From Octopus vulgaris (Eukaryota), in the NCBI GenBank assembly GCA_951406725.2, contig OX597815.1:24552001-24616000 (forward strand): 64,000 nt of DNA. The letters run 5' to 3'. Shown here one piece after another: positions 1 to 13,143 of this stretch. Under the pieces are notes generated by a model that saw only the letters and a program-made list of their open reading frames with translations, searched no databases and was not told the origin of the DNA. Numbering within the stretch: position 1 is the stretch's first letter; the number at the start of each line of letters is the position of its first letter. The position numbers and the translations under genes are program-made.

Positions 1-108
1 TGGTTTCATATATATATATATAAGCAATGACATGCAAAGACTTTCAGAAGGGTAACAACTCAGTTTAAAGACATCAATCCTCACAGCATTTTAAAAAATT
101 ATATTGCC

Positions 109-111
<3 letters not shown>

Positions 112-150
<39 letters not shown>
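112..150. repeat. (CT)n microsatellite
   Basis: direct reading. Confidence 0.95.
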
Positions 151-157
<7 letters not shown>

Positions 158-3100
158 TAAATTAAGTTTGCAGTTTTATGTATACTGGTTTTCTCATAAA
201 CATTATAGCACTTTTCTGTATGTACATTTCATTCAAATGTCTTCTTTTCCATGCTTGCATGGGTCAGACAAAAGTATGTTTGGGCAAAGTTTTCTATGGC
301 TTGATGTCCTTCCTGTTATCAACCCCATATGTTTTCAGGTGAAGTATTAATCTCCCAGTCTATCAAACAATGAATAGCATGGATATGTATAACTGGAAAA
401 CTAGAAACAACTGACTCCAGATGGACAAGCCTTTTGTTCACAAAGATCATTCAACATGACAAGGCATGTCAAGAAACTCAGATGTGCTTTCATAGTGGAC
501 TGCAAGCAAATGACACTGCTAGCAAAGCCACTGTTTACAATGAACAAATGTGTTCAGATGAGAAAATATGAATTCATACACATACACACATAGACACTAG
601 GCTTCTTTCAGTTTCCATTTACAAAACCCACTCACAAGACTTTGGTCAGTCTGGAGCTATAGTAGAAGACACAAGCTCAAGATGCCACATTGGAAGACTG
701 AACTCAAAACCATGTAGTTAGGAAGCATTCTCTTTAACTAGACAGCCATGTACACCTATATAAATTAGAAATTTAAAGAAATATACTGTGAGCCATTTAT
801 TATGAGAGTCACAGCTCTCATGCAGCCATAGAAAAATGTTGATCCTTATCACAAATACAAATGTAAATATTAGAGCCTTCTTTACATATGACAAATCCAT
901 ACTGAAGAATACAGAAACCAATATAATTTAATAAATCAAAATAGCATTCTCCTGCACTTAAAAATTTTCCTGTACTTGAAAATATTCATCACTCCTTCAT
1001 CATCAACAAGGATGGCACCTGTGTCGGTGGCATGTGTAAAAAGATTTGAACGAGGTCGTTGCCAGTACTGCCTGTCTGGCCCCCGTGCTGGTGGCACGTA
1101 ATAGCACCCACTACACTCTCGGAGTGGTTGGCGTTAGGAAGGGCATCCAGCTGTAGAAACTCTGCCAGATCAAGACTGGAGCCTGGGGCAGCCATCTGGT
1201 TCGCCAGCCCTCAGTCAAACCGTCCAACCCATGCTAGCATGGAAAGCGGACGTTAAGCGATGATGAAGATGATGATGATGATTCTTTTCCCAATGTTAAG
1301 CAGTATGTCATCTTGTTTTCTGTCAGTCAGATACATTGTTTAGTTTAAATGGATTAAATACATTCTGAGTTATTAGTCAAATTCAGACAAGTTACAATGT
1401 TTCTGTTATTACCATGGTGATATATATGTATTATAAATATATATTCAAACATTTTTGCCATTATTTTTCTTTGGAGAGGCAGCACCTATTTGATTATGAA
1501 AATAATAAATCCAATCAAGCAGGCTATTTATTACATGAATTTCAGAGATTGGCTTCTTTGTAGTTCATGAAAATTTTGAAAGCCGAATTCTTGTTTAGTC
1601 CTATTACTCTCATGTAATCATAATAATTTGTAAAGTAGATACATAACCAAACATGAACAATAAAAGGTGACAGTAAGAATGGTATCCAGGGAAGAAGGGT
1701 CCATTGTGGTTGTCATCCCTGTGAAAGAGTTGCATCATCTTGTAATAAATAATCTAAATATTTTTATTCACTTTTAATGAAAATCATATTATTTTAAAAA
1801 TGAATTTCAAATGTAAAAGTCGTATGTTGTTTAATCAATTATTAACTAACTTAAACACATTCATTAATTTTAGTTTTTGCACATTGGTGATTATATCAAG
1901 TTGGACAATTTGCATATTTTTTGATTGAGCACTAATTGAACTAACAGCTGAGAAACAAAAGCTAATAGAATATATATTCGAAGAATATATTTGAATTCTG
2001 AATAGAGGGGTACATTTGAAATGAAAAAAAAAAACAAAAAAAAACAGACTGATGCCCCTACCCCTCTGTGTGTGCCTGTATAAAAGAAAAAACAACAACA
2101 AAAAACAATTAAAAAATTCATCCTGAGAAGATAATAAACTGCATTCTTATTACTTGGCAAGACATACAAATTAGTAACTCTACATCAATATCTTTAGCAC
2201 TTAATACAATACCCTCAGGACTGCTGTATAACTGAATATACTAATTGAAGATCATGTAAACCAACACTCATTAAACAAGGAATATAAAGCATTGTACAAA
2301 ATTTGTGAAATGAAACTATTCTAGCAGTTCTCCTTTCTAGGACTAATAAATCAAAGAAATGAGCATATGAATTAAAGACACACTCAACCATAGAATTTAA
2401 TCAAAGACTTTCTCTTCATCCTAAATTAGTCAAATATATATAAAATACATTTATCCCTTCACAAAATACCAAATGATATATTTTCAATAAATGTTCCTCT
2501 AAATAACTCTGACGAATCATACCAAGATCAGTTATGTATAGGTCACCTGACTGATCAGCAAAGATTACCTCACCAACATGCTTCAAACATTACACAGATA
2601 CACAGTTTATTCTCCCTCTCTGACCATCTTTAAATATTTTCTACTGTACACTGATGCCTAACTGAAACGTCTAATATCAGCCAGGGTCCACATGGGAACC
2701 AGTGTAAAGGCTGTACTCTCCTGAATGTTAACTACCTTTTTACCTTCAGGCTATTGTATCAACACTTATCCAATCCTAAGTCTCCGCCCTTTCAAGGTAC
2801 CATCTCTTCTGACTACCAACTACTAAAATGTTCTGTTTTAATCATACCAACTAATGATGTTCAAAGTTCTCAGCCACTTTCTCACATGACACAACATCCA
2901 GGTCTCTTAGTTTCAAGAAACTAATATAACAAAACCATTCTTTAAAGATTCTTATGTTACATTTGAATGGATCCTACACTTAAAATATTTATAATAGGGA
3001 GTAACTGTAGTCTCTTACAAGCTTTGTAACAACTGAACAGAAAAAATATATATTTTGGTAATATTTTGATTACTAAGCTGAAGACTTTCATTTGTAGTCT

Positions 3101-3383
3101 TTAGTTTAACACTTGAGTAGGCCAAACTCTTAAAAGTTTTATTACCAATACATGTTAGGGAGATTTTCTAGCTTACAGTAAAATGAAATGAAAAGAAAAG
3201 AAACAATCATAAACTGTTGTTACATGAAAAATAAAACTGATTAAATTTAAATTGAATCTTGAATTCTTCAAATACTGTTTTGAAAATTTAATTAACAACT
3301 AACAATGGTATTTGTTCTACCTAAAAGTTTGATTTCATCTGATAAAACTTTTCTTTTGAAGAGAACTCTTAGGATTTTATAAT

Positions 3384-3550
3384 TACATTATGGAAGAGTC
3401 ATTTTGACCATTTAAAAACATACAAAAACTATTATTTTAAATTTCACAGTTGTTTGACGAAAATTTTGACATTTCATAAATGTAAATCAAAAGTGAATTT
3501 AACAGTTTTTGTGTGATATCAAATGGTTAAAATGACTCTTCTATGATGTA
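3384..3550. mobile_element. Small MITE-like element, ~30-bp TIRs
   Basis: tacattatggaagagtcattttgaccattt / aaatggttaaaatgactcttctatgatgta. Confidence 0.55.
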
Positions 3551-4631
3551 CTTACTGCAGTTTCAACACAGACTCACTTGCTAGACAAGTACAACTCCGA
3601 AATATTAGGATTTACTGTAGCAGTTTAATTCATAATAGACTGATATTAAAAGCATAGCATATTTTTCTAAAACTTTCAAGACAGCAAGCAACTAGCCAAC
3701 TCTATGCTCATTCCTGTAAGCAACAATTATTTACAAACTAAATTTTGTTAAAATGAGTTAAAAGAAAAGTTATCCAAATGAATCGTGCTTAAAACTATAT
3801 TCTAACAGCATTCCTATTTTAAGGCTTCTATAAAACTTACTGGACATAAACAGGAGGAATATTAATCTTCTCTACATCACTGCATCAAATCTTGCAAAAA
3901 AGACTTATCCAAATATAAGAGGTAAAATTATTCTCCCATATTTATATATCCAATAAATCTTCCAGAAGTCTTAGCAAACATAAAAGATGATGTTTCATAT
4001 CAGTATAGAAACAAATCCTTTGAATTTGTAATTTGTAAATGATCTTTAAAAAATTAAATCCAGATAAATTCAAAACTGGATTTTAAAAAAAGCAAAAGAT
4101 AAAAATGTTAGATGACTGATAGACTTCTATAAATACTTGATCTGATGCCACAAAAATTTCCTGTGAATCTCTGTAGAAATATCAGAATGACTGTGTTATC
4201 AGATCTGCTAAAGAATATCTACTACAAGACATTAAGGATAATGTAGTTGTAAAGAAATAAAATTGACAAACTGAAAAATATATTCTATTGAAATACATAA
4301 AAAAGTTAAAAAGAAGGAAAACAACAAAATTTCTAGTATAATTCATAGAAATGTCTAGAAAATGTTGAAAACAACCAGCTGAAAAACAAAATATTTTGCT
4401 AAACCTTTTCTGATTTCAATATAAAAGCAAACTATCTATTTAGCAATGAGCATCAGATTACTTGGAACTTGGCAGTAAAAGAGACACTGACGGAAAAAAG
4501 AAACCAGGAAAATATGGTTCTTGACTTTAAGCAGAAGCATGCAGTCTCTACAAGTAACTCATTCAAAGAAAGTAAAATGGAAAAGCTGGCAAACAATAAA
4601 ATTTGAGGCAAGAATCTTTTAGCAGTGGCAC

Positions 4632-4694
4632 CTCAGGTTTTTGTGAGTTTTCATCCAGGATGTCCTGCCTAAACACCATAACAATAGCAGCAAC
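4632..4694 (-). CDS. ITPR: Candidate exon following ..PKQL (VAAIVMVFRQDILDENSQKPE)
   Basis: 63 nt, phase 0/0, ctgcattcttgcag acceptor, weak GAG|GTGCCA donor; loosely like VEVIKKAYMQ + acidic run. Confidence 0.45.
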
Positions 4695-6322
4695 CTGCAA
4701 GAATGCAGTTTTGAGAAGCATCAGCAAACATCAATTAGTGAGAAGATGTAAAGGCAGACACAGGCAAACTGTGAAAACAAATGGGTGATACAAACTGATA
4801 CCATATGTATGGCAGTGGGATGAAAAAAAAAAAAAAGGATTAAGGACAATCTTGAGAAATCATAAGAAGCAGATTTGCTTTCATTTTGTATGGATTACCA
4901 AGGAAATAATTTATTGACAAAAAGTGGAAAATAAATTAATGGGAATGTAAAATTTAACTGAAAAAGTACTTATGACAAAAGTAGAGCGAGAAAGGAAAAA
5001 TAAAGATAAATATGATATGAATATTTACATGTGAAAGAAATCTATTCAGTATGGCAGCCAATAGGTGTAAGCAAAGAGGTGGAAATTTTCAAAATAGTTA
5101 TGTGAAAAGGAAAAAAAAAAATTGGGTATAAAGAAAGAACTGAGAAGAAAGAAGAAGCATGCATGAAGGCCACAGAAATACAACAACAAAGAGAAATAAG
5201 CCTGGGTTAGCAACATATTTCCTTAATAAATAAGTTTTGCATTTGGAAATATTTTCCCTAAGTTTTGTAGTTTCAATTCAGCATTCCGATTGATGTAAAA
5301 CTATATCACTTTTTATAATTTTTTTTTTTTTTAGCTTTTTCTTAGATAGAAACAATTCAGAAATATCTGAAACTGAATTATATAGAATTTGGTCACAGAC
5401 AGACCCTTATGATACTTTCAAAGTTCAGCATTAAATTTAGCTTAATGCTGTTATTAAACTTACCAGATAGGAAACTTGTCTATTATGTAAATATGTAATA
5501 TTCTACTGAAAATCCATAATATTTAAATGATTATTATTGAAGAAAATAAGTGGGGCAGTCAGCATTTCCAGCTTGGGAAGAACAAAGTACCACTAAGAAT
5601 CTAATTTCAATTCAGATAAAGTATTAGTATTTGGAAGCTAAAAAGACAAAAATATATCTTGATAAATATTGATTTATGGTTGTAATGTTTGTGTTAAGGA
5701 ACAAATAAACATTGATTAAGAAAGTTTACATAAATATTATGATAGTTTTATCCTTGTCTTTTGCAATATTTATGTTTTTAATTTTTTTCAAAATTGATGC
5801 TTTGAATTGATGCTGTCTTAAATAATTTACCTATTTCATCACTTTAATCAGGTGAAATACAAAAATGAGGACAATTGTAATTTCAGTCACACACATTTAT
5901 TACAACACAAAAAATTAAACAAACACAGTGCTGTTACTGCTCCCACCACTAAAATCCCTGCTGTCATCTTTATCATCCCTATCTGTGTCAATAATTCATG
6001 AAATAATACTTAAAAATCATTTTAAATTCATAAGAAAAAAATCCTTTTTAATGTTTTGAAGAAACTGATATAAGTGTGTTGCCCTTAAATCCACTCAACT
6101 TCTCCACTGAACAACTGAAAATTTTATTTAGTTGGTATCTTATTTGTTCTGCAATTGTATCTCTTAATTCAAAAGTAATGCTGATATCAAACTTATTAAG
6201 ACCTTCATTAGACATATGAAGAGAGAGCAAGCCATAGCTATAGATACCCACAAAATTAGGAGAAATATAGATATTATTCCAGAATTAGTGATATAAGTTT
6301 AGCATATCTAAAGCATACTTAC

Positions 6323-6418
6323 AAGTTGTTTTGGGTTCATGTTGTACAAAATTCTTTCAGCATTCTCACTATCATGTCGGCTTTCCATGATTGCCAAGAG
6401 TAATTTAGAAGCATTGTC
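6323..6418 (-). CDS. ITPR: IP3 receptor exon ([32 protein letters not shown])
   Basis: 96 nt, CTT|GTAAGT donor; near-invariant. Confidence 0.96.
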
Positions 6419-6804
6419 CTGTAAAGAACATTTAAATAATGTTGGGAAGAAATCATAAGAGAAAGGAAATTCTGTCTTTTATAACCTTCCATAGTCATAA
6501 AATTTATTCTCAGTAACAACTCACCACAGTCTATAGTTTATGTTATCTGAGTGTATCATGAGAACCATATGTTACAATTTTAAAGAAAACAAAACAAAAA
6601 AGAAAAGGAATGAAAATTATGCTAGATGTCATTTAAAAATTATGTCTGAAGCAATTTGATTCATTATTTCTATTGTAGATATGCATGGCTATAAGAATGG
6701 AAAAATTGATAGAGTTATTGTCAAAAGTAGATCATATTCTGCACAATTTATGAGAAATTGTTAATAATATGCACTTAATAAACCATAGGTTAAATTGGAA
6801 ATAC

Positions 6805-6915
6805 CTTTAGTCGAAGGACTAAACCCATTCCTTGTTTGCCAAGGGAATTGATGTCATTGAGTAGTAGTGCAATAATTATATCAATTCCATTACTCTCATG
6901 CATAGCGATTGCATT
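6805..6915 (-). CDS. ITPR: IP3 receptor exon ([37 protein letters not shown])
   Basis: 111 nt, AG/GT; HESNGIDII motif. Confidence 0.94.
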
Positions 6916-7000
6916 CTGAAAAATCAAAGCAAAAAATATTAAGCATATAATAAAATATGATGCGATATGTAATTTTTGAAAACCCAAAGTAAGTTATAAC

Positions 7001-7422
7001 TCTTTTATGAGTTTCAGTCATTTGACTGTGGCCATGCTAGAGCACCACCATTAGTCGAGCAAGCCGACCCCAGGACTTATTCTTTGTAAGCCTAGTACTT
7101 ATTCTATCGGTCTGTTTTGCTGAACCGCTAAGTTACGGAGACGTAAACACACCAGCATTGGTTGTCAAACGATGTTAGGGGGACAAACACAGACACACAA
7201 ACATATACACACACTCACACATACATATATACATATATATATATACACACATATATACAACGGGCTTCTTTCAGTTTCCGTCTACCAAATCCACTCACAA
7301 GGCTTTGGTCGGCTCGAGGCTATAGTAGAAGACACTTGCCCAAGGTGTCACACAGTGGAACTGAACCCGGAACCATGTGGTTAATAGGCAAGCTACTTAG
7401 CACACAGCCACTCCTACGCCTG
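7001..7422 (-). mobile_element. tRNA-derived SINE, family A, full length
   Basis: A/B-box-like head, internal (TA/CA)n, (AAAGAGT)n tail; multicopy. Confidence 0.88.
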
Positions 7423-8429
7423 TAACTGATGACAAAGTCATAAGAACAACTGCATCTGGAGATGGGCTGATGCTAAACAACATCAAAAACCTAAACTACA
7501 GCTAAAATAGGCCAAAATACATCAGAAACATTAACTGCTTACCAGCACACATACTACAACCACTCTCCCATAAATGCACTGCTTTGGCCTTTCTTCCTCC
7601 TTTACTACAACTAGAACAGTAACAGCTGTTGCCCCACAACAGCTAGCTGCACACCACCTTCACTGACCTCATCCAATGCACCATCTGTCATTCTCTCACC
7701 ATGTGGGATTTGTTTTACCATCCAAATCCCACACTACACGCTATTTCCCAATCCTTCATCATTGAAACCACAGCAGTCTCTACTACCCACAACAACCTAT
7801 ACAAGTTCAAGCTGAACATCATCTGAATCATTCTCACCAGTCTAGGGAGACCTGTAAATATAGAAACGGTCCTTCCTTCTCTTCCTTATAGACAAAAAAA
7901 ATCAAATTGAAAATAGGAATTACACCCAGGTTTAAGATTAAGCATTTATTTAGTAATAGGAATGGCATCCAAAAGGAAATAAGTCAAAAAAGATTTGAAA
8001 CTGCTCTCTTCCTCCTCTTCTTCATCATCATTGATTTTCATTGGATGGACGCCTTTCCTGTGGTCAACTTTCACATGTTTCCAAGCAAGGTAATATTTCC
8101 TATGGCCAGACATGTTTTTGTGAGGTTTGATGGTGACAACTCACTTATAGCTATCATGTGATGTCAAGATAAAGATACACACACACAACAGGTTTCTTTC
8201 AGTGTCCATCAACCAGATCAACTTACAAAGCTTTGGTCAACCTAGGGCTATAGTGAAAGACACTTGCTCATGGAGCAATGTAGTGGGACTAAACCAAAAT
8301 CCATGTGATTAGAAAGCAAACTTTTTAAGTATACAACCAACCCTGTGCCTCTAATGATTCAAATTTGTAGAAGTATCCCACTTATGAATCTGAAGGAACT
8401 TATTTTTACAAAATTATGAAAGCTATTGG

Positions 8430-8915
8430 GAAAGACTCAAGAGATTAAGACTCTATTCCTTGGAGCGTAGGCGAGAAACATATGCATAATATACATCTGG
8501 AAGATCCTGGAAGGACTTGTCTCAAACTTTGGCATCGAGAATTACACAAGTATTAGAACTGGGCACCACTGCATAGTGCCAAGGACTCCAAATTTGCCAT
8601 CAAGATGTATGACAAAATACTGCAATAGCCTCGACTTCAGAGGTCCACAGCTCTTCAATATCCTCCCAAATGACCTGAGAGACCTGCATGAGGTGGATGT
8701 AGGTGTCTTCAAAATAAAGCTGGACCTCTTCCTGTCAGGTGTCCCATATGAACCAACTTCGTGGCAGGAGGTGCAGATGAGGGCAGCTGCATCAAACTCT
8801 CTCATGCACCAAATGTCAATTGCTAAAAAGCATTCGTGAAGTAAAATTATGTAGCAACACCAAATGGCGGTGCCCCAGCATGGCCACAGCTTGTGAGCTG
8901 AAACTAGATGAAAAA
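8430..8915 (+). mobile_element. CR1/L2-group LINE 3' fragment
   Basis: IYIWKILEGLV..GPQLFNILP..KLDLFLSGVP; poly(A) next to the exon donor. Confidence 0.78.
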
Positions 8916-8929
8916 AAAAAATTGCTTAC

Positions 8930-9130
8930 CTGGTTTTCATGACAAGGTCCTTGACAATATTCTGTTAGTGTTGTCAAAGTTTGATTAATGAGATCGACAT
9001 TTTGTTCGTTGATATACAAACCCAGCAAACCTAGACCACCTGTTGTGCTTCCACAGATGCAGTCAAGGAACTGTAGGGTCTCACACACCAAATTATAGTT
9101 TGATTTGTTGTTCTGACTCCTTAAGTAATT
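8930..9130 (-). CDS. ITPR: IP3 receptor exon ([42 protein letters not shown]...[11 protein letters not shown])
   Basis: 201 nt, AG/GT; near-invariant, includes the GLGLLG motif. Confidence 0.97.
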
Positions 9131-9242
9131 CTGAAGGAACAAGTAAAAATAAACTAGACTGAAATTTGATATTTTTATGAAATTATTTATAATTTAGCAA
9201 TAATAAATCTCTGAATGAGGTATAAACAGTAACTGCATGACA

Positions 9243-9508
9243 ATGTGAAGTATATTTGCCATCTAAATATGGCTAACCACTAAGGGTAGATGTTACTGTA
9301 GCTTGTAGCCCCAGGAGAACATCTTCTCCAGCTGGCTATTGACACGTCAGGTCGACGATGGGAAGGATGGATTCCCTTTGCAAATACCGATAGGGCACAG
9401 AAAGTGTGTCAATAGCCAGCTGGAGAAGATGTTCTCCTGGGGCTACAAGCTACAGTAACATCCACCCTTAGTGGTTAGCCACATTTAGATGGCAAATATA
9501 CTTCACAT
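9243..9508. repeat. Long inverted repeat, 103-bp arms with 2 mismatches, 60-bp spacer
   Basis: 9243-9345 is the reverse complement of 9406-9508. Confidence 0.92.
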
Positions 9509-10079
9509 ATTTATAATTTCTTTCAAAAGAAATAAGGGTTGAGGTATAGTTGGTTGAATATTTTATTATTTTAAATCATTTTTAACAGCAAAATTATTGG
9601 AAAAGAACACAATTTATTAAACAATAAAAATGGTAAAAGAAAAAAATATATAAATACATAAAATAAAAAGGTATGCATATACCTTCACTTAATCATTGCA
9701 TTAGGGGACACTAGCATTCCCACCAAAAAGTTCTTTAGGCAATCCCAGACATAATATTATGTCAGGTGATTATGAAGCTGTGGTACTGAATTAGTCAAGT
9801 ATACTGATGGCACTTGCAATTCAAAGAAAAGCCTGGCATTACTTTGACCTATAAATTAGTGTTACAAAACTAGACACTACAAAGTTTGATACACTACTGT
9901 TCCTGGTAGGCTGTACTTTTAAGATAACTTCTATAACGAAGACAATCACAAAGAAGTAAAACAGAAAAGAAAACCCAATTTCTTTGAGGTTGGGGAGCAA
10001 ATGCTATTTCCTATTTGCTTGCCCCTGGAAAGTATGAAAAATGGCTAATATTACCTCCAAACTTTGCTTTTGTTACATT

Positions 10080-11423
10080 TACAAGGGGGTACCCAAAAGA
10101 AACTGGAATTTTGCACGATTATTTTGTTCATTTAGTTTTACATGTTTACACCCTTATCACCATCAAAGTAGTCTTCATCTGAAGCAATGCATCAGTCCAG
10201 ATGCATTTTCCACTGTTTGAAACTGCCCTGGAACTCTAGCAAAGTGATACCTTTTAATGCCTCCATTGTTTTTTTTTTTCTTCACCTCTTCTACATCTGC
10301 AAATTCTGTAGCACCAGTTTTTGTCACCAGTGATGACCTTCATAAAAAAAGGTCTGGATCAACTTCCAACTGTTCTTTTAGTTCCTGACACGCATTCAGT
10401 CATGACTGCTTTTAATCTTCCATGAGCAAGCAAGACACAAATTTTGCTGCAACTCATTTCATTCATAATTCCTTACTCAAAATTCGTTGGAAGGAACTCC
10501 TGGTTCATATCAACAAGTTATCAACAAATTTGTCAATCATATCAACAAGTTTGTCAATTGTTCAATGATGGTCCTCCAAGAACAATCAGTTCATGAATTT
10601 TCCTGATGTTTGCATTCATTCGAGAGGTTGACAGTTGCTCTGAATGAGGTTGGTCTTCAAGCAACAAGTGATCATTTCTAAAGTGTGAAAACCCCTTGTA
10701 AACCTGGGTTTTGCTCATGGCAGCATCTTTGTCAGCTTTTTTGAAGCACGATGACTATTTTGGTTGCTGTTTTAACCCAGCAAAAAAAAAAAAAAATTCA
10801 CAGAAGCAAGAGTGGCTGTGTGGTAAGTAGCTTGCTAACCAACCACATGGTTCCGGGTTCAGTCCCACTGCGTGGCACCTTGGGCAAATGTCTTCTACTA
10901 TAGTCTCGGGCCGACCAATGCCTTGTGAGTGGATTTGGTAGACGGAAACTGAAAGAAGCCCGTTGTATATATGTATATATATATGTGTGATTGTGTGTGT
11001 GTTTGTCCCCCTAGTATTGCTTGACAACCGATGCTAGTGTGTTTATGTCCCCGTCACTTAGCGGTTCAGCAAAAGAGACTGATAGAATAAGTACTGGGAT
11101 TACAAAGAATAAGTCCCGGGTCGAGTTGCTCGATTAAAGGTGGTGCTCCAGCATGGCCACAGTCAAATGACTGAAACAAGTAAAAGAGTAAAGAGAGAAG
11201 CATGCTGCTCTTTTGTTTCAGCCATTGCAAAAATCAACGAATAGGGGAGAAGCACTGCAAAACAAAGATGCACTACATGGCAGTATGACTTCACCCAACA
11301 ACACTGGTCAGCATACTGATGCCTGAGGGTTGCATCAAGTGACTTCCAGTTGTAGAAGCCTGAACTACAATGGGCTTGTCCCACAGTTACTTTTGTCCAG
11401 TTACTTTTGGGCACTCCCTCATA
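10080..11423 (-). mobile_element. Decayed mariner-like element
   Basis: imperfect TIRs tacaagggggtacccaaaagaaactgga / tccagttacttttgggcactccctcata, TA ends. Confidence 0.7.
10805..11192 (+). mobile_element. SINE family A, nested in a mariner remnant
   Basis: tggctgtgtgg..ggttcagtcc head; matches the other copies. Confidence 0.88.
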
Positions 11424-11873
11424 TTCAAACCTCCAAAGAATCCCTCTCAACATATGGTTATGATGATCTCCCACTACTCCTGTTCATGATCAGAGATGCA
11501 CATATTGTCAGCCAGTAAGGGACATGCTCAAATGGTTATGGTCAAGTCACTGATAAGAAAATCTGTGGTATTGAGCATAATATTTGCTATAATGATATTT
11601 CTGCTTCAGCCACTCGGTGCTGAATCTGTTTGAAATGTAATGGAAAATGGATTAGTTTCAAAATATTTGATGTCCAGGTCACAAAAGCAAAGTCTGAAGG
11701 GAATAGTAATAATTTCCTTTGATTTCTAGATAGAAGCAAATAGGAAATACCCGCGCTCGATACGGCGACGTGATCCGTCCCGTAAAATCCCGAAAGGTGA
11801 CAAAAAAAAAAAAAAAAAAATTTTGTTACACAGTGTAAGCAGTGTCAAACTAATTAGCAGACTGGTTACCTAC

Positions 11874-12109
11874 CTGTAAATCTCGGTTGTGATTTTCACA
11901 AAGAAGCTGTAAAAATCTCAAGATTGGTTGGAGTACAGCAATCTGGGGAGACACTTTGTTTTTATCTTGTATCATTGTTTCCTCCCAGCTTGTTGTCTTA
12001 TTAGAATGAAACTCTTCACCAGATCCAATCTCTTCAGCGTGACCAACACCCCGGCTTAAAGAACTGTCTCCTTCACTACTGATGATGGACATACCATCAA
12101 CACTTCTAA
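11874..12109 (-). CDS. ITPR: IP3 receptor exon (VRSVDGM...[19 protein letters not shown]), start of RIH-associated domain
   Basis: 236 nt, phase 1/0; hallmark [17 protein letters not shown]. Confidence 0.93.
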
Positions 12110-12906
12110 CTGTGGAAAATGTAAAAGAAAAGACACGAAATTCCAGAATATTGAAAGGAAAGAAAACTGGATAAATCTAGTTTCAGGCAGTGTGAAAAAA
12201 AATCTTTCTTACTCTGTTTCACTTTTGTTTCTCAGAAATAGAACTTTGAATTAATATTGTTGAAATGAAGTGAAGGATTTGTAGTAAGAAGTGAGGTAGT
12301 GGCAGCAGATATGGTGTTGGGGCTGACGATATGATGATAGAGAATTGATGAGAATGACAATTAAAGCAGTCACAGATGAGATGATAATGCAGAAGAGGAG
12401 AATGTGGAGAACGACACTGGTTTGACAGAGATGACCAGTATGTACATGATATATATCGATTTCAAATTTTGGCACAAGGCCAGCAATGTTGGGGAAGGGG
12501 TGAGTAGATTACATCGACTCCAGGACAAAACTGGTACTTATTTTTATTGACTCTGAAAGGATGAAAGGCAAAGTCAACCTTGGTGGGATTTGAACTCAGA
12601 ATGTATAGACAAACGAAATTCTGCTAGGCATTTTGGTCAGCATGCTAATGATTCTGCCAGCAGATTTGAAGGAGGAATCTACTTTATACCAGGTGTTGAG
12701 ACACAATAGTATGATAGAGAGATAGGAACAGTGTCTTACTGTAGAGGAGATACATGGCTCCTCTAGCTGGAAAGAGAGAGAAAAAGGTAGTGGTAATGAG
12801 GTGTCAGGATATACACACACAGACTTATATGTACACACATACATATAAACACAGAGCTTATCTAAATTATCAATAATTATATCATATATTAATAATACTT
12901 CCATAC

Positions 12907-13084
12907 CTTTATTAACTTCTTTCTGAGGTGAATTAGTCGTCATTTTTTTGCAGCTCAATGTATCACTGGTATTAACCATTATAGTATTCTTTATTTCAGC
13001 TTCTGCTTCCCGCATCTTGTCATAAAACACTTTGACATATATTTCAGAGCTTTTGTCTTTAGTCAATCTTGTATATAAAGATTT
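12907..13084 (-). CDS. ITPR: IP3 receptor exon (KSLYTRLTKDKSSEIYVKVFYDKM...VNTSD...KEVNK)
   Basis: 178 nt, phase 0/1, AAG|GTATGG donor. Confidence 0.9.
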
Positions 13085-13143
13085 CTGAAAGTATATCATT
13101 ATGTTATAATTTACTGCTTTGATTTTAATGTTTTAATATTTGA

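Noticed and set aside
815-901. Good acceptor followed by YGFVICKEGSNIYIC, faintly like VGHNIYIL
   Set aside because: Similarity too weak, in-frame stop follows, no convincing in-phase donor
2645-2672. ctgatgc..gaaacgt hammerhead-like string
   Set aside because: Core mutated and stems not pairable
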